From a virus (lineage: Duplodnaviria; Caudoviricetes): a stretch of DNA of 33,409 bases. The position numbers and the translations under genes were made by a program. The DNA lies in IMG/VR virus record IMGVR_UViG_3300031519_000113, positions 1-33,409 of that record, one strand, 5' to 3'. Of this stretch, positions 14,260-21,404 are shown piece after piece (the stretch's first letter is position 1; every line of letters begins with the position of its first letter). The notes below the pieces were generated by a model. The model did no database searches. It saw nothing but the letters and a program-made list of their open reading frames with translations, and was not told where the DNA came from.

Positions 14260-15045
14260 ATGGCAACACTAATAGACGAGCGTCCTGAAAAGGAAGAAGA
14301 AAAGACAGAAGAACAAACAAGTCAACTTACAGCGGAACCTGAGTTACAGGAGACTCCCCAAGAAGACGCTATCCCTGACAAGTATAAAGGAAAGTCAACT
14401 GCTGACATTGTAAGGATGCATCAAGAAGCTGAAAAGTTACTTGGTAGACAAAGTAGTGAAGTAGGGGAGTTACGTTCAGTTGTTGATAACTACATTCAGA
14501 CACAACTCGACACAACACCGCAAGCAAGCCCAGAACCTGAAGAAGACGTAGATTTTTTTACTGATCCAGATAAGGCGGTTGAAAAGGCAATTAGAAACCA
14601 TCCGTCAATTAAACAAGCTGAAGCAGTATCTCAGCAGTATAGACAGTCAGCAGCTCAAGGTCAGCTACAAGAGAAACATCCTGACATGCAAGCTATCTTG
14701 ACTGACTCTAAGTTTGTTGATTGGATCAAAGCATCAAAAATCCGTACACAGCTTTTTGCACAAGCAGACTCACAGTATGATTACGAAGCTGCTGACGAGC
14801 TTTTCAGTAATTGGAAGGAACGTAAGCAAGTAGTGACTAAATCTGCTGCTAATGAAAAAGCAAGCCGTAAGACCGCAGTTAAGGCAGCCTCCACAGGTAA
14901 CGCCAAAGGCAGTGGTGAGACAGCTTCACGGAAAATCTATAGACGTTCAGACATTATTAGACTTATGAAGGACGACCCTGACAGGTATTTATCCTTGAGT
15001 GACGAGATCAGTCAAGCGTATCAAGAAGGTAGAGTCCGCAACTAA
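14260..15045 (+). CDS. capsid scaffolding protein
   Basis: Acidic, helical 261-aa protein directly upstream of the capsid gene; IPDKYKGKS...EAEKLLGRQ motif; C-terminal AYQEGRV. Confidence 0.82.
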   Translation: MATLIDERPEKEEEKTEEQTSQLTAEPELQETPQEDAIPDKYKGKSTADIVRMHQEAEKLLGRQSSEVGELRSVVDNYIQTQLDTTPQASPEPEEDVDFFTDPDKAVEKAIRNHPSIKQAEAVSQQYRQSAAQGQLQEKHPDMQAILTDSKFVDWIKASKIRTQLFAQADSQYDYEAADELFSNWKERKQVVTKSAANEKASRKTAVKAASTGNAKGSGETASRKIYRRSDIIRLMKDDPDRYLSLSDEISQAYQEGRVRN

Positions 15046-15067
15046 AACTCTTTAAGGAAGTATTATC

Positions 15068-16006
15068 ATGGCAACATCAGTATATCCCAATATGGGCGGT
15101 GCAGTAGACAACACTAGCGCAGCTAAGTTTATCCCAGAAATCTGGAGTGACGAAGTAATTGCAGCTTATCAGACTAACTTGGTTCTAGCTAACCTTGTTA
15201 AGAAGATGAGCATGACAGGTAAGAAGGGCGATGTTATTCACGTACCTAAGCCTACTCGCGGTTCTGCACACGCTAAAGTAGCTAACACTGCAGTAACTAT
15301 CCAGAACTCTGTTGAGTCAGAAGTTTTGATTAACATTAACAAGCACTTTGAATTCTCTCGTTTGATTGAAGACATTACCGAAGTACAGGCTCTTGCTTCT
15401 TTGCGTCAGTTCTACACTGGTGACGCAGGTTATGGTCTAGCCAAGCAAGTAGACGATGATCTGTTTGCTCTTGGTAAGTCTTTTGGTAACGGTGATGGAT
15501 CAGCTTGGAACACAAGTGCTGCTTTCCAAATCGCTGCTGACGGAACTTTGGAAGCGTTTGACATTGATGGCGCTGCTGACGTTAACTTATTCAAAGACAA
15601 CTCTTTCCGTGCTTTGATTCAGAAAATGGATGACGCAGACGTACCAATGGACGGACGTAGCTTTGTTGTTCCTCCTTCACTACGTAACGAGATCATGGGT
15701 ATTGATCGTTACTCTTCCTCTGATTTTGTAGATGGAAGAAGCACTCAAACTGGTAAGATTGGTGAGCTTTATGGGGTTGACGTTTTTGTTTCTACTAACG
15801 TTCCTATCATCGACACTACTGGCGGTGCTACTGTACGTGGCGCACAGTTGATCCACAAGGACACCAATGTTCTTGCAGAGCAACAAGCAGTTCGTTCACA
15901 AATCCAGTACAAGCAGGAGTTCTTAGGCACTCTATACACTGCTGATACTCTTTATGGTTGTCAAGTTATGCGACCAGAAGCCGGCTTTGTACTAGCTGTA
16001 AACTAA
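15068..16006 (+). CDS. major capsid protein
   Basis: 312 aa; FIPEIWS and GDVIHVP motifs, C-terminal D.LYG...RPE; follows the scaffold gene and is followed by a terminator. Confidence 0.9.
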   Translation: MATSVYPNMGGAVDNTSAAKFIPEIWSDEVIAAYQTNLVLANLVKKMSMTGKKGDVIHVPKPTRGSAHAKVANTAVTIQNSVESEVLININKHFEFSRLIEDITEVQALASLRQFYTGDAGYGLAKQVDDDLFALGKSFGNGDGSAWNTSAAFQIAADGTLEAFDIDGAADVNLFKDNSFRALIQKMDDADVPMDGRSFVVPPSLRNEIMGIDRYSSSDFVDGRSTQTGKIGELYGVDVFVSTNVPIIDTTGGATVRGAQLIHKDTNVLAEQQAVRSQIQYKQEFLGTLYTADTLYGCQVMRPEAGFVLAVN

Positions 16007-16021
16007 GTTAGGTAGTAAACT

Positions 16022-16054
16022 AGGGGATTCCTTTCGGAGTCCCCTTTTCCTTTT
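16022..16054 (+). terminator. rho-independent terminator after capsid gene
   Basis: GGGGATTCC-TTTC-GGAGTCCCC stem-loop followed by TTTTCCTTTT. Confidence 0.88.
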
Positions 16055-16077
16055 GTTTGTTTCTGTAGGAGCTATTA

Positions 16078-17424
16078 ATGGCTATATTTAGAGGTGATGG
16101 CGGTGCAGGTGATTCCAATACGGATTCCATGTTATCGTTAGTTACAGCACAAGCGGTAATAGCTACTACAAAAGCAAGCGATGCAGCCGCTAGTGAAGTA
16201 AGTGCTAGTGACTCCGCAACAACCGCAACAACCAAAGCAAATGAAGCAAGTACATCAGCAACTAACGCAGCTAACTCTGCAACAGGCGTAGCAGATTACG
16301 CAACAGCGGCAGCTAATAGTGCCACAGCAGCAGCAAGTTCAGCCAGTACAGCATCTTCAAGTGCTACAACAGCTACAACAGCTAAAAATAACGCAGAGAC
16401 TGCTGAGACCAACGCAGAGACCGCTGAGAGCAACGCAAGCACAAGTGCAGCCACTGCTACCACTAAAGCTTCGGAAGCCGTTACAAGCGCAGCTACGGCC
16501 TCTACAGGGGCATCTACTGCAACGACCAAGGCTAGTGAAGCAGCCACTAGTTCCGGCAGTGCTTCTACTTCAGCAAGTACAGCAACTACACAAGCAAATA
16601 ATTCAGCAAGTTCAGCAACAGCATCAGCTAATTCTGCAACTGCTTCTTCCGGCTCTGCAAGTGGTGCAGCTACTTCAGCATCTAATGCAAGTGGTTCTGC
16701 TACAGCAGCATCTAACAGCGCCACAGCAGCCAATAGTTCTGAGACAGCAGCGGCCACATCAGCTACCAACGCTGCTAACAGCGCCACAGCATCAGCAGGC
16801 AGTGCATCTACAGCTACAACTAAAGCTAGTGAAGCAGCTACCTCTGCAACTAATGCAGCCTCTAGCGCATCTACAGCATCTACTCAGGCAAGCAATGCAG
16901 CTAGTAGTGCAACTGCTGCAGCTACTGCTGAAACCAATGCTGAGACTGCAGAGACTAATGCTGAAACTGCTGAGACTAATGCAGCCTCTAGTGCTTCAGC
17001 AGCAGCCAGTAGTGCAACAGCGGCAGCTAATAGTGCTACAGCAGCGGCAGCGGAATTATCTACAGCAGCACTAAAGGCTAATAACTTATCTGACTTAGCT
17101 AATGCAGGAACAGCACGTAGCAACTTAGGCTTAGGTACAGCGGCTACTACAGCAGCTAGTGCATACGCTACAGCAGCCCAAGGCACAAAGGCAGACAACG
17201 CTTTAGTAGCATCTACTGTATCAGCCTATGGTGCTACGCTTATAGATGATGCTAACGCAGGTGCAGCTAGGACTACATTGGGCTTAGGAGACATAGCAAC
17301 AACAGCAATCTCAGCATATGCTACAGCAGCCCAAGGCGCTAAGGCAGACTCAGCTTTACAATCCAACTCAACTTTAAACGCAGACAACATGACTTCCGGT
17401 ACGCTACTAGGTGGAACATACTAA
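16078..17424 (+). CDS. Ala/Ser/Thr-rich fibre protein (side-tail-fibre-like repeats)
   Basis: Long heptad-like repeats (ATTATTKASEA, AETAETN) and C-terminal NNLSDL..AGTARSNLGLG / ARTTLGLG fibre repeats. Confidence 0.72.
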   Translation: MAIFRGDGGAGDSNTDSMLSLVTAQAVIATTKASDAAASEVSASDSATTATTKANEASTSATNAANSATGVADYATAAANSATAAASSASTASSSATTATTAKNNAETAETNAETAESNASTSAATATTKASEAVTSAATASTGASTATTKASEAATSSGSASTSASTATTQANNSASSATASANSATASSGSASGAATSASNASGSATAASNSATAANSSETAAATSATNAANSATASAGSASTATTKASEAATSATNAASSASTASTQASNAASSATAAATAETNAETAETNAETAETNAASSASAAASSATAAANSATAAAAELSTAALKANNLSDLANAGTARSNLGLGTAATTAASAYATAAQGTKADNALVASTVSAYGATLIDDANAGAARTTLGLGDIATTAISAYATAAQGAKADSALQSNSTLNADNMTSGTLLGGTY

Positions 17425-17436
17425 AGGTATATAACT

Positions 17437-19401
17437 ATGGCAACAAAAATTGTAACTAAAAATAGCTCCACAGCAGGTAGCGCACCTTCAGCAAGTGATC
17501 TTGTACAAGGTGAACTAGCGGTAAACGTAGTTGACAAACGACTGTATACTGAGAACAACTCAGGCGCTATTGTTGAGCTAGGCACTAATCCTGCAGGTGC
17601 TGTAACAATGGCAAGCACTCTAGCTGTCACAGGCAACGTAGACTTTAATGGCGATTTAGACGTAGACGGCACAACTAACCTTGATGTCGTGGATATTGAT
17701 GGCGCTGTGGATATGGCAAGCACGTTGCAAGTAGACGGTGCGGCTACGTTTAATTCTACCGTCACAGCCGATGGTCTTACTGTTGAGGGTGAAATTACTG
17801 GCCCTGCTACAAACAACTTAACAATACGCTCTAAGTATAGCGCCACCATAGATATTGACTCTGACAATAACCAGACTGATAGAAACTTTCAGGTTATACA
17901 TGACGGTTCAAAGCTAATATTAAAAGCAGAAGAAAGTGGCGATGTGTCATTCTACGAGGACACAGGCACAACGCCAAAGTTCTTCTGGGATGCTTCTGCG
18001 GAGTATTTAGGTCTTGGTACAGCAAGTCCTGACACAAACCTACACGTTTATCACGCCACTAGAAACGGTATTGCTTTAATTGAAAGTGGAGATGCAGATG
18101 TAAGTCTTTACCTAAAAGACGGTAATAGCACAAGCATAAGTGCTGTAGGTATTGGTGCGACAACAGATGACTTGACTCTAAGAGCGGGCAACGCAGAACG
18201 CATGCGCATAGACTCAGCAGGTAACGTGGGTATTGGTACTTCGACATTTACAGGCGCTAATACTTTCATGGACGACTTAGTTGTGTACAACGCAACTGCG
18301 GGTACGGGCGCTGGGTTAAGTATCATAGGCAACGCTACAAACGGTTATTCTAGTATAGCTTTTGGCGACACTGCTGATTGGGACACGGGTCGCTTGCAGT
18401 ATAATCATGCAGATAACAGTATGGCTTTCCATGCTAACTCAGCAGAAGCCATGCGCATAGACTCATCAGGCAACCTGTTGGTGGGTAAGACTAGCTATAA
18501 CTCTGCTTTGCAAGGAGGCCAGATAGGGACTAATGGCATTGGTGCATTTACCACGGTTAATGCCTTCGCAGGTATTTTCAACAGGACAGGTACAGACGGT
18601 TCGCTTGTAGACTTCCGCAAAGACGGCGCACCCGTAGGTAGTATTGGTGTTGAAGGCAGTAGACCCTATTTTGCAAATGATGATACTGGTGGCTTTTCAA
18701 TTAGTAGTGCTGGTTATATTATCCCTGCAACTTCTACAGGTGCTGTTTCAGACGCTACTAAAGACTTGGGTATTTCAGGCGCACGCTTCAAAGACCTCTA
18801 CCTATCAGGCGGTGTTAAGAATACCAGTAGCATATATATGGGTCGCACCGACTTAAACACCTCAGTTTGGATTGGTAACTCTACTGTAAATGCAGGCACT
18901 AGCGGTGGCGCCGCTAGAGATAATGCGGTTGACTTAGGATACTCAGGCTCTCGCTGGAAAAACCTCTACCTATCAGGCGGTGTCTACCTAGGCGGCACAG
19001 GCGCGGCTAATAAGTTGGATAGCTATGAGGAGGGAACTTGGACACCTACGTTATATGCGGCAACAACTGGAACAAATAGAGTTGTAGCACATACAGCTTC
19101 TACTTACACCAAAATAGGAAGACTTGTTATATGTAAAACATTCCTAAACAATATTAACGGGACAGCTTTAAACGGTGACTCAGGCACTATTACTCTAAGT
19201 GGCTTGCCGTTTACTCCCAGCGCGTATGGGAATTTACGTAGCGTCTATAACGGTCTAAGTACTGTAAACCCAACAGCTTATGTTTCTTCCGCAGCAGTAA
19301 GTTTACTTAGGGACGATACGCAAGCAACTCTTACACCTACATTTATCAATACGGGAACTGTAGGTATTATGCTTGAGCTTACATTTGAAACAGCCGCATA
19401 A
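17437..19401 (+). CDS. tail fibre / receptor-binding protein
   Basis: N-terminal AP...L..GELAVN..DKRLY fibre anchor; repeated (E)xMRIDSxGN and DLG.S..R.K.LYLSGG modules; C-terminal LDSYEEGTWTP...YTKIGRLV domain. Confidence 0.85.
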   Translation: MATKIVTKNSSTAGSAPSASDLVQGELAVNVVDKRLYTENNSGAIVELGTNPAGAVTMASTLAVTGNVDFNGDLDVDGTTNLDVVDIDGAVDMASTLQVDGAATFNSTVTADGLTVEGEITGPATNNLTIRSKYSATIDIDSDNNQTDRNFQVIHDGSKLILKAEESGDVSFYEDTGTTPKFFWDASAEYLGLGTASPDTNLHVYHATRNGIALIESGDADVSLYLKDGNSTSISAVGIGATTDDLTLRAGNAERMRIDSAGNVGIGTSTFTGANTFMDDLVVYNATAGTGAGLSIIGNATNGYSSIAFGDTADWDTGRLQYNHADNSMAFHANSAEAMRIDSSGNLLVGKTSYNSALQGGQIGTNGIGAFTTVNAFAGIFNRTGTDGSLVDFRKDGAPVGSIGVEGSRPYFANDDTGGFSISSAGYIIPATSTGAVSDATKDLGISGARFKDLYLSGGVKNTSSIYMGRTDLNTSVWIGNSTVNAGTSGGAARDNAVDLGYSGSRWKNLYLSGGVYLGGTGAANKLDSYEEGTWTPTLYAATTGTNRVVAHTASTYTKIGRLVICKTFLNNINGTALNGDSGTITLSGLPFTPSAYGNLRSVYNGLSTVNPTAYVSSAAVSLLRDDTQATLTPTFINTGTVGIMLELTFETAA

Positions 19402-19446
19402 CAACCATACGCCTATCGGACGGTAGGCACAGACAGGAGCAACACA

Positions 19447-19695
19447 ATGGCTTTAGAAAAAGTAATATCAGAAGACAAGATTGAAATCGTAGGTGACTAC
19501 AAGACAGTACAAGTACGCACTTGCACCAAAGTCCTAGAAGACGGCGTAGAGCTATCCTCAGGCTACCACAGACACGTAGTAACCGCAGGACAGGACTACA
19601 GCAACGAGAGTGCAGAAGTACAGGCTATCTGTGCCGCTGTTCATACAGACGCGGTTATTGCCGCATACACCGCATCACTAGAATCAGGAGTTTAA
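19447..19695 (+). CDS. tail-fibre-associated small protein
   Basis: DKIEIV...VQVRT...EDGVELS..YHRHV motif directly downstream of the fibre gene; SD CAGGAG. Confidence 0.7.
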   Translation: MALEKVISEDKIEIVGDYKTVQVRTCTKVLEDGVELSSGYHRHVVTAGQDYSNESAEVQAICAAVHTDAVIAAYTASLESGV

Positions 19696-19697
19696 TC

Positions 19698-20003
19698 ATG
19701 GCAGTAACTTGGACAGTAGCAACACTAGAAAGAAACTCATCAGACGACGGAGTAGTAGTCGCTCATTGGAGAGCTAATGACTCTGAAGGCGAACACTCAG
19801 GTAGTAGCTACGGCACTTGTGGCTTTACGCCCGACAGTACTGCTGAAGGCTTTACAGCCTATGCAGACATTACAGAAGCTCAGGCTATTGGATGGGTTAA
19901 GGACGACATGGGCGAAGACGCTGTAACGGCTCTTGAAGCCTCTATAGCCGCCCAGATTGAAGAGTCTAAAGCTCCTGCTGTAGCTGTTGGAGTTCCTTGG
20001 TAA
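19698..20003 (+). CDS. tail-fibre-associated (assembly chaperone-like) protein
   Basis: MAVTWTVATLER...VAHWR...F.AYADITEAQAIGWV...GVPW; start at 19698 after SD CAGGAG. Confidence 0.7.
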   Translation: MAVTWTVATLERNSSDDGVVVAHWRANDSEGEHSGSSYGTCGFTPDSTAEGFTAYADITEAQAIGWVKDDMGEDAVTALEASIAAQIEESKAPAVAVGVPW

Positions 20004-20302
20004 TGAGCGATAACACTATTTCAATTCCAACTTGGGCATTACCTTTGGTAGTGTCCTTGTTCGTTGGTGCTATCTCTTATGGTGCGGCACAGGCTAATGC
20101 TGAAGCTACCTCTAGTGAAGTAAAGCGTATACAAGTTATCGTTAAAGAAACTGCTGTTAAAGCACAAGCTAACGGTCAGGCTGTAGCAATAACAGAAACG
20201 AAGGTTGATGCTATTGTTGACTCTCTCGCTAGGCAAGAGAAGATTCAAGAGCAGACCAATGAGCAGATACAAGCTCTAGTCCAAGCGTTACTGGCTAAGT
20301 AA
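20003..20302 (+). CDS. membrane-anchored coiled-coil protein (possible lysis accessory, i-spanin-like)
   Basis: N-terminal hydrophobic helix WALPLVVSLFVGAISYG followed by a predicted coiled coil; TAATG coupling. Confidence 0.55.
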   Translation: MSDNTISIPTWALPLVVSLFVGAISYGAAQANAEATSSEVKRIQVIVKETAVKAQANGQAVAITETKVDAIVDSLARQEKIQEQTNEQIQALVQALLAK

Positions 20303-20493
20303 TGAAGCTAGTCGTTGCCTTGGTGTTTCTTTTCAATGGTGAAATTGATCACGATAAGACAATGTATTTTCAAGAGCTAAATGCTTGCATGTACTACGCA
20401 CAGAACTATAGTAGAGAACGAAGTTACTTTGAGCCTACTGAATGCAAATGCAAATTAGCTTGGGTCGATAGGAAGACAAAGGTACTAAAGTGA
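20302..20493 (+). CDS. small Cys-containing protein (paralogue A)
   Basis: 63 aa, translationally coupled; aligns by eye with the next ORF. Confidence 0.68.
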   Translation: MKLVVALVFLFNGEIDHDKTMYFQELNACMYYAQNYSRERSYFEPTECKCKLAWVDRKTKVLK

Positions 20494-20705
20494 ACACTCT
20501 TGTGTTTGCTTTAATGCTTGAAACTCTTGTTGATGGGTACGTTGATAAAGTTAGCCAGTTTGGATTGTTTGAAGATTTAGATCATTGCATTTACTTTGCG
20601 CGACGCTTGACCCTGCAAGGTGATCCACAATATGAAGTTCCTTATCGGTCTTATTGTCTACCAAAATTTGTTGATTCAAAAACTGTAGTAATATTTAAGA
20701 GGTAG
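20490..20705 (+). CDS. small Cys-containing protein (paralogue B)
   Basis: 71 aa; GTG start overlapping the previous stop (GTGA). Confidence 0.68.
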   Translation: MNTLVFALMLETLVDGYVDKVSQFGLFEDLDHCIYFARRLTLQGDPQYEVPYRSYCLPKFVDSKTVVIFKR

Positions 20706-20707
20706 AG

Positions 20708-20809
20708 ATGAGCGAAGATTTTAAAGACCCTAAAGTTATTGGTGGACTTATACTGGCTATAATTTTATGCATAGCTACTGTTACAATAATAGTCGTAGAG
20801 AGATTCTAA
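20708..20809 (+). CDS. 33-aa single-pass membrane peptide (not in ORF track)
   Basis: MSEDFKDPKVIGGLILAIILCIATVTIIVVERF*; SD GAGGT. Confidence 0.62.
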   Translation: MSEDFKDPKVIGGLILAIILCIATVTIIVVERF

Positions 20810-20811
20810 CA

Positions 20812-20982
20812 ATGGTTGAAGAAACTAAACAAGTAATTGACGTAGCAGCAGCTTCAACAGCAGTTCTCTCTATGGCTGCTTGGCTACCACCTACAGCTTC
20901 CATACTGACTATTGTATGGTTAGGTATACGTATTTGGGAGTCTGACACAATCCAAGGTTTATTTGGTAGGAAATCTAAGTAA
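20812..20982 (+). CDS. small holin-like membrane protein
   Basis: 56 aa from Met at 20812; two hydrophobic segments and a basic tail (GRKSK). Confidence 0.55.
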   Translation: MVEETKQVIDVAAASTAVLSMAAWLPPTASILTIVWLGIRIWESDTIQGLFGRKSK

Positions 20983-20990
20983 ACTTTATC

Positions 20991-21019
20991 TTGACTTTTA
21001 GCTAAGGATATGCTATAAT
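20991..21019 (+). promoter_or_regulatory. sigma70 promoter with extended -10
   Basis: TTGACT (20991-20996), 17 nt, TATAAT (21014-21019) with upstream TG-N. Confidence 0.8.
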
Positions 21020-21020
21020 A

Positions 21021-21404
21021 ATGAGTATATTAAATAGTTTGATAAAACCAATAACTAGTATATTAGATAAAGTTATTGAAGATAAAGATACTAAGAATAA
21101 CATAGCTTTTGAATTGGCTACTATGGCAGAGCGTCACGCCCAAGAGTTAGCCAAAGGTCAGTTAGAAGTTAATAAAGTTGAAGCAGCACATAAGAGTTTA
21201 TTTGTGTCAGGTTGGCGACCTGCTATTGGTTGGATATGTGGATTAGCTTTACTCTACTCTACAATCTTAGCGCCCATCTTAGGCATCTGGTTTACTGTCC
21301 CTCCTGTAGATAGTTCATTGCTCACTAGCGTACTTATGGGTATGTTAGGTCTAGGAGCCATGCGTTCTTATGAGAAGAAAAATAACGTAGCGAGAGATAA
21401 CTAA
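21021..21404 (+). CDS. 3TM holin (GTA holin / DUF3154-like)
   Basis: [28 protein letters not shown] ... [13 protein letters not shown] signature. Confidence 0.85.
   Translation: MSILNSLIKPITSILDKVIEDKDTKNNIAFELATMAERHAQELAKGQLEVNKVEAAHKSLFVSGWRPAIGWICGLALLYSTILAPILGIWFTVPPVDSSLLTSVLMGMLGLGAMRSYEKKNNVARDN

Noticed and set aside
15990-16078. T7 10A/10B-style capsid frameshift or readthrough into the next gene
   Set aside because: No clear slippery site before the stop, and a terminator plus a separate SD follow.
16296-17198. Overlapping poly-Gln/Leu and antisense Ala/Val/Leu ORFs
   Set aside because: Frame shadows of the Ala/Ser/Thr repeat gene.
17437-20003. Diversity-generating retroelement or invertase shufflon acting on the tail fibre
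   Set aside because: No reverse transcriptase or recombinase gene, no long template/variable repeat pair and no inverted cassettes seen.
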